Assembly (NCBI RefSeq): GCF_035285525.1
Contig: NZ_JAYKGW010000061.1
Coordinates: 55,085-87,084, forward strand
DNA: 32,000 nucleotides
Direction of reading: 5' to 3'
DNA from: Okeania sp.
Lineage (GTDB): Bacteria; Cyanobacteriota; Cyanobacteriia; Cyanobacteriales; Microcoleaceae
Both the position numbers and the translations under genes were made by a program. The notes under the pieces were generated by a model. The model was given only the letters and a program-made list of their open reading frames with translations, had not been told where the DNA came from and did not search any database. Below are positions 1-9,450 of the stretch, in pieces. The first letter of the stretch is position 1. The number at the start of each line of letters is the position of its first letter.

Positions 1-288
1 GAATAAAGTCTTTTGGTTGAGGTAGGGAGGAGAGAGGATGGGGAAGTGTGAGCAGAATTTTCGCCCATTTTTTGTATAAAAAAGCACGCTTGTCTTGAGA
101 TTTTCTGCTGAACAGAACCTATCGCTCACCCCTTTGTTAAAAACCTACTCTTGTAAAGCCCCTGAAGGAACTCCTGAAACCCTTGTGGGAAAACCCCTAG
201 CCCCTCCCAGGAGGTGAAGGGGAGCAGAGACTAGGGGAGAAAGGAGTAACAATCATAGTCGCTAAGTAAAAATATTTAAGCGATCGCC
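1..288 (-). mobile_element. MITE-A copy, partial (runs off the window start), with extra GC-richer insert
   Basis: Begins aaagtcttttggttgaggtaggg (compare ggaaagtcttttggtaggagtcagg in copy 27761). It has an internal cttgagattttctgc block and ends atatttaagcgatcgcc. Weak alignment. Confidence 0.3.
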
Positions 289-600
289 AAAAAACGTGTT
301 TTTTCATACACTTTTCTCCCGATTTATTGGGAACCGTCAAAGCCGAACCAAGACTTATAGATAACTTGTCATTAATGCCGAAGTTTTATGTTCAGAAATG
401 TGTTGATCAAGCATAGCTTTGTCAAGGGGAAGGAGGGGGAGGAAAAATCCTGTCTACAGTTATCAAAAAAATATATTTTTCAATACACTTTTCTCCCAAA
501 AAACCTTTGAGAGGCTTGTCTATAATTTATCTATGTTTATCAAGTTTTATGCTCAGAAATGTGTTGATAAAGCATAGCTTTAAAAGAAGGGAAGGGGGAA
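287..600 (+). repeat. Two-copy direct repeat (about 140-155 bp units)
   Basis: Units 287-445 and 464-600 share ttt(c)a(t/a)acacttttctccc ... gttttatg(t/c)tcagaaatgtgttgat(c/a)aagcatagcttt ... ggaagg(a)ggggga. Confidence 0.7.
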
Positions 601-804
601 TTTTCTCTGCTTTCTGCCTTACATTCATGGGTAATCTCTTTTTTCAACCAGATTTAGTATTACTTGTTTCCTAAATATAGATTAAATTTTATTCTTTAAT
701 TCAGAAAATTTTTTATAATACAGTAAATTCCAGATTAATATGATAATATTGGGAAAAATACTTTTTTTAAGTTCCCCTCTAAATCACTTTCCCTATTTCC
801 TAAA

Positions 805-1572
805 ATGAGATTCAACATCTTTTCTACTGTTTTAATTTTCACTACAATTTCTCCTATTTTTCCAGCCATTGCTGAGAATATCCAACATACACAAAAATTA
901 TTATCTAGCAAACAATGTCCTAATTGTGAATTAACTGGTGCTGGTTTGGTATTAGCAAATCTTCAAGGTGCTAACTTAGAGGGAGCTAATTTGAGTGGAG
1001 CTAATCTCAGTCGTGCGAACTTAATAGGGGCAAATTTATCTGGGGCAAATTTGGCTGGAGCAAGTTTATTTGGGGCGAATTTAACGGGTGCAAATTTAAC
1101 AGGTGCGAATTTAGCTGGTACAGATTTAAGAAGTGCTTATTTAACTGGTGCTAATTTAACAGATGTTGACCTAAAAAATACTTTTTTATTAGGTGTTATT
1201 GGATTGTCTTCTGATGTTGGTGAAGCTGAAGATTTTTATCGGTTAGGCATTGCTGAAGCTAAAGCCGGACATTATAAAGATGCTGTCAAATATTATAATC
1301 AAGCTATTAGTTTAAAACCTGATTTAGCTGCTGCTTATTTTGCCAGAAGTATGGCTCTTGCTGACCTGGGAAGTCTAGAAAGGGCGCTGGTAGATGCAGA
1401 AAAATCTAGGGAAATTTTTATTTCTAAAGGTAGCCAAGAGGGTGAAGAATTATCACAAACTTTAGTAGAAATTATTGACTTACGTTTAAATCCTCCAGAA
1501 CCAAAAAAGCCTAATCAAATTGTACATGCTATTGGTTCGTTACTTCCTTCTTTATTAAGATTAGCGTTTTAA
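805..1572 (+). CDS. Pentapeptide-repeat protein with signal-like N-terminus and C-terminal TPR-like helices
   Basis: 255-aa ORF. Hydrophobic N-terminus MRFNIFSTVLIFTTISPIFPAIA. About 17 consecutive A(N/D)LxG pentapeptides (ANLQGANLEGANLSGANLSRANLIGANL...). C-terminal YYRLGIAEAKAGHYKDAVKYYNQAISLKPDLAAAYFARS looks TPR-like. Confidence 0.85.
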   Translation: MRFNIFSTVLIFTTISPIFPAIAENIQHTQKLLSSKQCPNCELTGAGLVLANLQGANLEGANLSGANLSRANLIGANLSGANLAGASLFGANLTGANLTGANLAGTDLRSAYLTGANLTDVDLKNTFLLGVIGLSSDVGEAEDFYRLGIAEAKAGHYKDAVKYYNQAISLKPDLAAAYFARSMALADLGSLERALVDAEKSREIFISKGSQEGEELSQTLVEIIDLRLNPPEPKKPNQIVHAIGSLLPSLLRLAF

Positions 1573-1699
1573 TCAACTTTTCAGTGATTAGTTATTAGTT
1601 GTTAGTTATTAGGGATTTTGGAAATACTAAAGTTTAATTTTTTCATCTTCTGAAAATGAGTACAAATAATATCAAATTCGTATATTTTAGACTTTGACA

Positions 1700-1762
1700 A
1701 GAAACCGGGGTTGTGAATAAAAATATCAGTCTGTTAAGGCATTTAAAACAAACCCGGTTTCT
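1700..1762. terminator. Long-loop hairpin between convergent genes (GAAACCCGGTTTC-type element)
   Basis: agaaaccggggtt-(about 40 nt)-aacccggtttct followed by acgcttttt. Same sequence family as the palindrome at 9804-9836. Confidence 0.35.
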
Positions 1763-1834
1763 ACGCTTTTTCCTATCAATGAAATTTATTCAAAGTAAGA
1801 ATTTAACTTTTAACTTCTGACTTCTAACTTTTGT

Positions 1835-2950
1835 TTAACCCCTTCCCGGTAAAAAACTACTACTCAACTTCTTAATAGCAGTATTAGCAATATCTGCATA
1901 ACTTAATTCCCCACACAAAATTTTACTCATTACCGTAGTAGCTGCTGGTAACTTAACTCCTACTTTATAAGCTACTTTAGGAAACCGATAAAATGCTCCT
2001 GCTAAACGACTCGCCCAAACCATATCTGCGCCCCATTCTTCATTAATTATTTGAGTATATTTTGACAGAGCATTTTTATTACCCCCTAAAGCTTCATCTA
2101 TAGCTTCAGCAGCTTTGACACCACTAAAAATTGAAGGGCGAATACCTTCTGCTGATAAAGGGTCTGATAAACTTGCTGCTTCTCCTGCTAATACAGCATT
2201 TTGAGCGTGCAGATTTTTATCTCCATCCCACAATGAAATATAACCTTCTAATAATTTATCTTTACTTACATTTACACCAATTTGTTGAACATATTCCAGC
2301 AAATTTTGAGAGAGATTTTTTACTTCTCCACCTCTAAAAGTAGCAATACTAATTGAATAAGAATCAGCCTTAGGAAAACCCCAAATATTTCCATTTTTAA
2401 CTGAACCAAATTCAAAGGTAGCTGTTTGATTTGATTGATTTAATGGTGCTTCTAAAACTAGACTTTGCCGTTTTTTAGACTCTTTAAAACCTAACCATTT
2501 AGCCATCGGACCTTTGGCACCATCGGCAGCAATTAAATAACGACAAGTAAGAGGTTCTAGAGTTGTTTGAACTTCCCAATAATCGCTTTTAAATTTAATA
2601 CCTGTAACTTCCGTTTTATCTCTTAATTCTGCACCTTTTTCTTGAGCTTTTTCGATGAGAAAATTATCAAAAATATCCCGTTTTACCATCCACATCGGAA
2701 CAGGCAAATCTGCTTCTACAGGATCTTCTAATTTCCAGGTATAACGAATTTTTTCCACCATCAGAGAAATAGCCGGAGTTAAATCAAAATCAAACCATTG
2801 AGCGATGGCTGGAGATACTCCACCACCACAAGCTTTAATTCTAGGCCAAGATTCTTTTTCTATGACTAAAACGGAACGTCCTTTCTTTGCTAAATGATAA
2901 GCTGCTGTTCCTCCTGCTGGACCTGCTCCGACAATTATACAATCAAACAT
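1835..2950 (-). CDS. FAD-dependent oxidoreductase, geranylgeranyl reductase family
   Basis: 371-aa ORF. N-terminal dinucleotide-binding fold DCIIVGAGPAGGTAAYHLAKKGRSVLVIEKE. Length and layout are typical of the GG-reductase/FixC-like family. It is shorter than canonical ChlP, so no symbol is given. Confidence 0.8.
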   Translation of the reverse strand: MFDCIIVGAGPAGGTAAYHLAKKGRSVLVIEKESWPRIKACGGGVSPAIAQWFDFDLTPAISLMVEKIRYTWKLEDPVEADLPVPMWMVKRDIFDNFLIEKAQEKGAELRDKTEVTGIKFKSDYWEVQTTLEPLTCRYLIAADGAKGPMAKWLGFKESKKRQSLVLEAPLNQSNQTATFEFGSVKNGNIWGFPKADSYSISIATFRGGEVKNLSQNLLEYVQQIGVNVSKDKLLEGYISLWDGDKNLHAQNAVLAGEAASLSDPLSAEGIRPSIFSGVKAAEAIDEALGGNKNALSKYTQIINEEWGADMVWASRLAGAFYRFPKVAYKVGVKLPAATTVMSKILCGELSYADIANTAIKKLSSSFLPGRG

Positions 2951-3098
2951 TTTTTTTCTAACTTTAATATTGATATTTTTGGTGGTTTGGTAAAACGTGA
3001 AAAAGTTAATTGAGTAGGGGTATTTCCTAATAAAATAGATAGTTAATTAACTTATTAAAACTATCTATCTATAGAACTACCCTTTGTAAAAAAAAAGT

Positions 3099-3282
3099 GT
3101 AAGCATTGAGCTATTAGCACCTCAGCAGTCAACCAATAGTCAAGCAAACATACAAGACTGATTAAAATTAGCTGACGATATTTTTCTTTAGGTTTCACTT
3201 TTTAGATATTAATTTATCCTTCAAAACAGGATAAATTAATAAGTCATAGCTGATGGCTAATAGTTGATGGCTAAATGCTTAT
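3099..3282. mobile_element. MITE-B copy (TIR gTAAGCATTCAGCTAT...)
   Basis: gtaagcattgagctattagcac ... gatggctaatagttgatggctaaatgcttat. Inverted termini about 184 bp apart. Confidence 0.65.
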
Positions 3283-3554
3283 GTAAAAGTTATGATTTTC
3301 TATTCTACCGAATAATTAATAATTAAATAATTCAGGTTCAAACTCTCCCTGGAAACGGAAAAAAGCAGTCGAGAGATAGCGAGGAGACCTCGCCATCTTT
3401 AAATTGACCAAGAGAAATAATTTTTTTCCTTTAAGGGTCAATCTTCTTCCTAAAAGGGAGAAGTAATTATCAATTATCTATTAATGAACTTTTCTTTTCT
3501 AAGATACTCCATTTTGAATGCCTTTGTCGATAAATAGAGGAGAGGGGTTTAAAA

Positions 3555-3654
3555 GTAAGGATTTCCAGCGGAATGCTGCGCAAACAGCTATTGTTCCTAG
3601 TTTTAGATAACAGTATTATTAATTAATAGACGACAAATTAGAGTTTACTACACT
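3555..3654. mobile_element. MITE-B fragment
   Basis: gtaaggatttccagcggaatgctgcgcaaacagc, followed by about 65 nt that is the reverse complement of 25310-25376. The motif GGAATGCTGCGCAAACAGC recurs at 6645 and 25622, and in reverse at 15508. Confidence 0.45.
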
Positions 3655-3713
3655 GATCCCACCTTTATTTCTGATAGCTGAATCCTGAGATTAGCTGACA
3701 GATAATTGCTTAC

Positions 3714-4262
3714 TTAAACCGTCATAATATCCTTCTCTTTTGCTGCTAATAATTCATCAATTTTAGCGATGTATTTATCAGTTTTCTTTTGAATTTTGTC
3801 TTGCAAATCTCGTGATTCATCCTTAGATATATCACTCTTTTTTTCTTGTTTCCTAACTGAATCTACTGCCTCACGACGAATATTCCGGATAGAAACTTTC
3901 CCCTCTTCAGCAAGTTTTGCTGCTAACTTAACCATTTCCTGACGACGCTCACTTGTTAGTGGAGGAATATTTAATCTCACAATAGAGCCATCATTGTTGG
4001 GAGTTAAACCAACATCTGACATATTAATAGCTTTTTCAATTAAACCAAGACTACTTTTATCAAAAGGTTGAATAGTAATTGTGCTAGCATCTGGGACACC
4101 AATATTTGCCATAGACTTCAGTGGAGTTGGAGTTCCATAATACTCCACTATTACTCTGTCTAACAGAGAAATATTAGCTCTTCCAGTTCTAATAGTATTG
4201 AAGGAACTTTTAGTCGCTTCAATTGCTTTTTGCATCTTCTCTTCAGCTTCTTCTAGATTCAT
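3714..4262 (-). CDS. frr: Ribosome recycling factor
   Basis: 182 aa. Matches Frr along its length, e.g. [25 protein letters not shown] and [36 protein letters not shown]. Sits immediately downstream of pyrH, the classical pyrH-frr pair. Confidence 0.95.
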   Translation of the reverse strand: MNLEEAEEKMQKAIEATKSSFNTIRTGRANISLLDRVIVEYYGTPTPLKSMANIGVPDASTITIQPFDKSSLGLIEKAINMSDVGLTPNNDGSIVRLNIPPLTSERRQEMVKLAAKLAEEGKVSIRNIRREAVDSVRKQEKKSDISKDESRDLQDKIQKKTDKYIAKIDELLAAKEKDIMTV

Positions 4263-4977
4263 TTGAACCTCCTACAATAGTTCCTATTTTTTCTCCCATA
4301 ACAGCTTTACGGATATTACCCGAAACTGACAGGTTAAATACAATAATTGGGATATTATTTTCTTTACAAAGAGCGATCGCTGTACTATCCATCACCCGTA
4401 AGTCTTGAGCTAAGACTTCGCTATAAGTTAGGGACTGGTATAGTTTAGCCTCTGGATTCTGATGTGGGTCAGAATCATAGACCCCATCAACTTTAGTGGC
4501 TTTAAAAATTACCTCTGCATCTATTTCTGCGGCTCTGAGAGCCGCAGTAGTGTCAGTGGTAAAAAAAGGATTACCAGAACCTGCACCAAAAACTACTACT
4601 CTACCTTTTTCTAAATGGCGAATAGCTCGACGACGAATATAAGGTTCGGCCACTTCCTGCATAGAGATGGCTGTTTGGACTCTTGTTGGTACTCCTGTTT
4701 GTTCCAGAGCATCCTGTAAAGTGATGGCATTCATCACAGTGGCAATCATACCAACATAATCTGCTGTTGCCCTATCCATTCCTTTAGAGGCTGCTTTTAC
4801 GCCTCTAAAAATATTACCGCCTCCGACTACAATTGCCATTTGGATTCCTGTGGCCGCTACTTCGGCCACTTCTTGAGCAATGCCTTGGACTACTGCTGGG
4901 TCAATGCCGTAGCCAAGACCACCCATCAGGGCTTCGCCACTTAATTTGAGTAAAACCCGTTGATAACGTGTCCCCAT
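4243..4977 (-). CDS. pyrH: UMP kinase
   Basis: 244 aa. [34 protein letters not shown] and [12 protein letters not shown] are hallmark UMP kinase (amino-acid kinase fold) motifs. The 3' end overlaps the frr start by 20 nt. Confidence 0.95.
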   Translation of the reverse strand: MGTRYQRVLLKLSGEALMGGLGYGIDPAVVQGIAQEVAEVAATGIQMAIVVGGGNIFRGVKAASKGMDRATADYVGMIATVMNAITLQDALEQTGVPTRVQTAISMQEVAEPYIRRRAIRHLEKGRVVVFGAGSGNPFFTTDTTAALRAAEIDAEVIFKATKVDGVYDSDPHQNPEAKLYQSLTYSEVLAQDLRVMDSTAIALCKENNIPIIVFNLSVSGNIRKAVMGEKIGTIVGGSNESRRS

Positions 4978-5027
4978 GCTGTCAGTATTTTCTCAACTAA
5001 AGTTGCTTTCACAATAAGATACCAGAT

Positions 5028-5400
5028 ATCAGTTATTAGTTAAAAGAGGGAGTAGGGAGTAGGGAGTAGGGAGTAGGGGGGGAATAATAGATGTCTAGTT
5101 ATTAGTCAAAAGAGGGAGTAGGGAATAGGGAGTAGAGGCAAATAATATATTTCTAGTTATTAGTTATTAGTTATTAGTTAAAAGAGGGAGTAAGAAGTAG
5201 GGGCGAATAATAGATGTCTAGTTATCAGTTATTAATTATTAGTTAAAAGGGGGAGTAGGTAGTAGGGAGTAGGGAGGAATAATAGATGTCTAGTTATCAG
5301 TTATTAATTATTAGTTAAAAGAGGGAGCAGGTAGTAGGTAGTAGGGAAGAATAATAGATGTCTAGTTATCAGTTATTAATTATTAGTTATTAGTTTTAAA
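5028..5400. repeat. Tandem array, about 5.5 units of 59-72 bp
   Basis: Unit is agttat(t/c)agtta...aaaagagggagtagg(g/t)agtaggg...gaataatagatgtct, built from AGTTATT-type and GGGAGTA-type heptamers. Lies between the pyrH start and the SpoIIM-like stop. Confidence 0.85.
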
Positions 5401-5452
5401 TTATCAGTATTTCTATAATTTTCTCCTGAATCATGACTCCCAACACACAGAA

Positions 5453-6421
5453 CTATAGATTTTGTTGATGCTCTTTTTTTCGACTACAATAAATCAATAA
5501 AAGCATCAATAAACCCATCCCAAAAATGTATTTAAAAATATTTGGTATTAATGGATTTGGAGAGAAAAAACCTTCAACAATTCCAGCAATAACTAACAAT
5601 CCGACTACACCAAAAATTAATTGTGCAGCTTGGAAACCATAAAACTTTAAAGCATCAACTCGACGATATTTACCCGGAAATAAAATTGCTCTTGCTATTA
5701 ATAAACCAGCTCCACCAGCGAAAAATATAGCAGGTAATTCTAAAGCGCCATGAGGAAATACAAATGCCCAAAAAGGAAATGCTAAATTATGCTGACCAAC
5801 TAAAGCGCTTATTGACCCAATTAATAATCCATTAAATACCAATAAATAAATTGTGTAAACACCACCACTAATACCACCAGCAACTACACTAAATGAAACC
5901 CGTAAATTATTAATTATAATATTACTAGAAGCTAGAGGTTCAATTCCTACTATTGACCCCATCCATAATTCCTGGCGATCGCGTACCTGAGAAATTAGAG
6001 ATTCTGGTACTACTAAAGACATAAACACTGGGTCTTGCCAACTATACCACCAAGCTACCAGTCCAGCCACTAAAAAAAATGCTGTCCCTACCGCAGTATA
6101 AGCCCAAGTTTCTTGTACAATTGCGGGAAATCCCCATTGACAAAATTCCCAAACTGCTAGCCATTCTTGCTTTCGTTTTCCTTGATAAATTTGAGTGTAA
6201 CTACGAGCGGTTAACCTTTGTAAGTCTTGTTCCAAAATAGTTCCCACTTGATGGGTTTTAGCACGAGCTAAATCTGCTGATACAGAACGATACAAACTCG
6301 CCATTTCTTGAATCTGAGTTGCGGACAATGATTTTAATCCTTTGTCTTCCACTTTTCTTAATAGACTGTCTAAATGTTTCCAATTTTTTTCCCGACGACG
6401 AATCCAACGATTAATATTCAT
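5453..6421 (-). CDS. SpoIIM/DUF95-like integral membrane protein
   Basis: 322 aa. Soluble helical N-terminal ~100 aa (RRREKNWKHLDSLLRKVEDKGLKSLS...LYRSVSADLARAKT) followed by 5-6 hydrophobic helices, including FPHGALELPAIFFAGGAGL typical of this family. Family call rests on motif recollection, not a search. Confidence 0.7.
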   Translation of the reverse strand: MNINRWIRRREKNWKHLDSLLRKVEDKGLKSLSATQIQEMASLYRSVSADLARAKTHQVGTILEQDLQRLTARSYTQIYQGKRKQEWLAVWEFCQWGFPAIVQETWAYTAVGTAFFLVAGLVAWWYSWQDPVFMSLVVPESLISQVRDRQELWMGSIVGIEPLASSNIIINNLRVSFSVVAGGISGGVYTIYLLVFNGLLIGSISALVGQHNLAFPFWAFVFPHGALELPAIFFAGGAGLLIARAILFPGKYRRVDALKFYGFQAAQLIFGVVGLLVIAGIVEGFFSPNPLIPNIFKYIFGMGLLMLLLIYCSRKKEHQQNL

Positions 6422-6486
6422 TAAGCTTTCCTCATAGTCATTTTTTCTACCTTAAGATCGGAGTAAAATTTAGGTAAGCATTCAGT

Positions 6487-6623
6487 TATAGCCATCCTAT
6501 TTTATTCATGTCAAAAATCTTCCCTTTTTTCGGGAATAGGTATGGAGGCAATAGGTAATGGGTAAAAGTTTCGGAACTTATTTCTAGTTTTTGATTTGTT
6601 ACAACCTATTTAGGATTGCTATA
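6487..6623. mobile_element. MITE-D copy (TIR TATAGC(C/A)ATCCTA)
   Basis: tatagccatcctatttta ... cctatttaggattgctata, 137 bp. The internal ggtatggaggcaatagg block also occurs in reverse at 11650-11680. Confidence 0.65.
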
Positions 6624-6790
6624 TTAGGCATCAGCTATTCCTGGGGAATGCTGCGCCAACAGCAAATCCTATTTAAACTTTAAAATTTATTTAAATGAAT
6701 ATAACTTTTAAAGTTGGCTTTGATAGCAAGATTCTATTTCCCTCAACTAATTCCCTCAACTAATTAAGATTTTATCTAAAACTAAAATAA

Positions 6791-6913
6791 ATATCGCAAT
6801 CCTATTTTATTTGTGTACAAAATTTCATTGCTTTTTAGGGAACAGGGAACAGCCCGGAGTTTCAGTTTTTTATTTATTTCTTAATTAGTCACAACGTATT
6901 TAGAATTGCTATA
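6791..6913. mobile_element. MITE-D copy
   Basis: atatcgcaatcctattttat ... cgtatttagaattgctata, 123 bp. Same termini and layout as 6487-6623. Confidence 0.6.
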
Positions 6914-6976
6914 GATAACCGCTGCTTGCTGAATGCTTAAAAATTTAGATTGTAAGTAATTAAAATAATTTTAATT

Positions 6977-7918
6977 ATGTCTCAAAACCAAACACCAATA
7001 GAACCTCTAAGTGTAGGAAATGTTGTTAGTGCTGGCTTACGAATTTATCGAGACCATTTTAAGTCATATTTTGGTTTATCTGTTATAGTAAGTTTATGGT
7101 CTTTTCTCCCTTTTGTGCTTTTGATTCCTATAGTTTTATTGTTTATTTTTAGTCAGTTAGAAAGCCAAGCTTTATTAATACTAATTCCCCTGTGTTTATT
7201 ACTTATTTTATATAGTTCAGGAAAATCAATAGTTAATGGATCAATAATTGCTAGATTAGTATTTAGTGAATTAACAAATCAACCAGAAACTGTGAGTGAT
7301 ATTCGGCAGATTCTCAATCCCAAAATATGGATTTTTTTATGGGCGTTTTTTCTGTTATTTTTAATTGGAATAGGAGCTTATATTGGATTTTCTCTGGGGT
7401 TCGGAATTTTTGCTTTTATTATAACTGCTGTGGGATTTCCCTTTCAGGATAATTTTGTTTTAACAGGAATTGTAGTTTTAATTGGGATTGTAATTTTTGT
7501 TATTGCTTTGAGCTTGATGATCCGATTATTAACTCGCTTTTTTATTTTTGATATGCCTTTGACTGTTGAAGAAAATATTACTGCAACTAAAACTTTAGGA
7601 CGAAGTTGGGAATTAACTAAAGGATATATAGGTAGAATTTTTATGATATTGCTGGTAGCAAATTTGGTAAGTATTCCTATTTACATAGTTATACAAATTA
7701 TTGCTGCAATAATACAGGGTATTGTATTTGTAAATATTCCAGTTGAAACCATCGATCCTAGTTTTCAGTTATTATCTTTTCTGGTTGGATATGCTATAGG
7801 TATATTAGGTAATATATTTTTATTACCTTTTTGGCAAGCAATAAAAGCTGTGATTTATTATGACCTCCGCACTCGTCGAGAAGGCATGGGTTTAGAGTTA
7901 AGAAAGCGGGAAATTTAA
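6977..7918 (+). CDS. Polytopic membrane protein (glycerophosphodiester-phosphodiesterase membrane-domain-like)
   Basis: 313 aa with at least six hydrophobic segments. N-terminal PLSVGNVVSAGLRIYRDHFKSYF and C-terminal YYDLRTRREG resemble the GPDPase_memb/DUF975-like architecture. The family assignment is tentative. Confidence 0.6.
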   Translation: MSQNQTPIEPLSVGNVVSAGLRIYRDHFKSYFGLSVIVSLWSFLPFVLLIPIVLLFIFSQLESQALLILIPLCLLLILYSSGKSIVNGSIIARLVFSELTNQPETVSDIRQILNPKIWIFLWAFFLLFLIGIGAYIGFSLGFGIFAFIITAVGFPFQDNFVLTGIVVLIGIVIFVIALSLMIRLLTRFFIFDMPLTVEENITATKTLGRSWELTKGYIGRIFMILLVANLVSIPIYIVIQIIAAIIQGIVFVNIPVETIDPSFQLLSFLVGYAIGILGNIFLLPFWQAIKAVIYYDLRTRREGMGLELRKREI

Positions 7919-8600
7919 TTTGGTTACAGTAGGATAAATTGATTGGTTTTAGGGAATAGGGAATAGGAAAAAAGTATAGAATAATTTTTGTTATAAAATT
8001 TTGAAAAGAATGAGACTTTAAAGAAACTGTTAGAGCTAGAGTTAGAAATAGAAAATATTAACATGATTAATAACGGTTGGTTTGACGAAAGGTTTTTATC
8101 TCAATCTTGATCAGAATATCAAATAGGTGAAAGAAGCGATCGCTTAGAAAAAATGTGTGGCTGATAACTAATAATTAATAACTGTAAAATAATGTATGGG
8201 TTGAAAATTAAGAAATGAGATTTTGAAGAAACTGTTAGAGCTAGAGTTGGAAATAGAAAATATTAAAGCGATGGCTTAGAAAAAATGTGTGGCTGATAAC
8301 TAATAATTAATAACTGTAAAATAATGTATGGGTTGAAAATTAAGAAATGAGATTTTGGAGGAAACTGCTAAAGCTAAAGTTGGAAACATGATTAACGACG
8401 GTTGGTTTGACGAAAGGTTTTTATCTCAATCTTGATCAGAATATCAAATAGGTGAAAGAAGCGATGGCTTAGAAAAAATGTGTAGCTGATAACTGAGAAC
8501 TAATAACTGTAAAATAATGTATGGGTTTAGAATTAAGAAAGTGGTAAATTTAGTTTTCTTAAAGTATAAGAAAGCAGGATAAATTAATTGATTTATATTA
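7885..8600 (+). repeat. Tandem array seeded by the 3' end of the 6977..7918 gene
   Basis: The gene end atgggtttagagttaagaaagcgggaaattta (7885) recurs at 8194, 8325 and 8521. The last copy matches at 29 of 32 nt and is followed by the same aggataaatt(g/a)attg flank. Units are about 8007-8209, 8210-8340 (lacking a 72-bp segment) and 8341-8535. Confidence 0.8.
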
Positions 8601-8610
8601 AGTAAGAAGA

Positions 8611-9396
8611 ATGAAAATTTTTAATCAAATTTCTATAAAAACTCCAGAAAGTGTAGAATTAGATTTTAAGTTGGCAGGAATTGGCAATCGTACTTATGCT
8701 CTAATTATTGATTATGTTATCTGGAGTTTGACTTTATTTTTAGTGCTAATTTTTGGCGTTTTTTTGTATTTCCAATTTGGAGATATTTGGGATAATTTCG
8801 GGTTAGATAGAGACCAGGTTTCACTGTGGATATTCTCAATTCAGTTATTAATTTTTTTCATTATATATGTCGGATATTTTGTTTTTTTTGAAACTATTTG
8901 GCAAGGGCAAACCCCGGGAAAACGTTATGTAAAAATTCGGGTAATTCGTGATGATGGTAGACAAATTAGATTGCAACAAGCAACTATTCGGGCTTTATTT
9001 CGTCCTGTAGATGATACTTTTTTTATTGGTATGTTATTAATTATTTTTAGTAAAAAGGAAAAGCGTTTAGGAGATTTAGTGGCGGGTACAATTGTTATTC
9101 AAGAAACAAAGGTTATTGCTGATATAGTTTCTACTTCGGAAACGGCAAAAAAATTAGCAAATTCTTTGTTGCAAGAGGCTAATATTTCAGAGTTATTACC
9201 TGAAGATTTTGCGGTAATTAAAGATTATCTTCAACGTTCTAAGTTAATGACTAAACAAGCAAATATAGAACTAAGTAAAAAATTAGCAAGTGAAATTCAA
9301 GCAATTATTAGTTTGACACAAATTCCCGAAAAAGTTTCTGCTACAGAATTTTTAGAAGCTGTTTATATTGCCTATCAGCAAAAATCAGAAAATTAA
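8611..9396 (+). CDS. RDD family membrane protein with C-terminal soluble helical extension
   Basis: 261 aa. Hydrophobic helices flank GQTPGKRYVKIRVIRDDGRQIRLQQATIRALFR, which carries the literal R-D-D signature, and LGDLVAGTIVI. About 90 aa of charged helical tail. Confidence 0.8.
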   Translation: MKIFNQISIKTPESVELDFKLAGIGNRTYALIIDYVIWSLTLFLVLIFGVFLYFQFGDIWDNFGLDRDQVSLWIFSIQLLIFFIIYVGYFVFFETIWQGQTPGKRYVKIRVIRDDGRQIRLQQATIRALFRPVDDTFFIGMLLIIFSKKEKRLGDLVAGTIVIQETKVIADIVSTSETAKKLANSLLQEANISELLPEDFAVIKDYLQRSKLMTKQANIELSKKLASEIQAIISLTQIPEKVSATEFLEAVYIAYQQKSEN

Positions 9397-9398
9397 AA

Positions 9399-9450
9399 CA
9401 GGACTTACGCAAAGGTACTACATATAGATATAGAACCCCTAAACGGGTCT
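9399..9450 (+). mobile_element. MITE-C solo left end directly after the RDD gene stop codon
   Basis: caggacttacgcaaaggtactacatatagatatag starts 3 nt after the TAA at 9394-9396. No matching right end lies before the next full copy. Another solo end, taggacttgcgtatgg, sits at 22858. Confidence 0.4.

Larger units (their letters stand above)
6474..6940. mobile_element. Composite MITE-B with two nested MITE-D insertions
   Basis: The outer termini gtaagcattcag (6474) and gctgaatgctta (6939) are inverted. The interior carries a second MITE-B-like end (attaggcatcagctattcctggggaatgctgcgccaacagc) and two MITE-D copies. Confidence 0.55.

Noticed and set aside
2131-2337. 68-aa ORF on the plus strand
   Set aside because: Lies entirely antisense within the well-supported oxidoreductase gene, with low-complexity L/I-rich composition. 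Treated as a shadow ORF.
3335-3347. tRNA T-arm-like ggttcaaactctc
   Set aside because: The flanks are AT-rich with no acceptor, D or anticodon stems on either strand.
4243-4262. 20-nt pyrH/frr overlap as a possible frameshift or misannotated start
   Set aside because: The Frr N-terminus from 4262 aligns with canonical Frr ([24 protein letters not shown]), and overlapping coupled genes are common. Treated as ordinary.
4223-4408. 61-aa ORF on the plus strand
   Set aside because: Antisense to the pyrH/frr junction with no recognisable motif. Shadow ORF.
5028-5400. Possible CRISPR array (regular ~65-bp periodicity)
   Set aside because: The whole unit is repeated, including the would-be spacers. 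There are no unique spacers, no cas genes, and the repeat is built from heptamer microsatellites.
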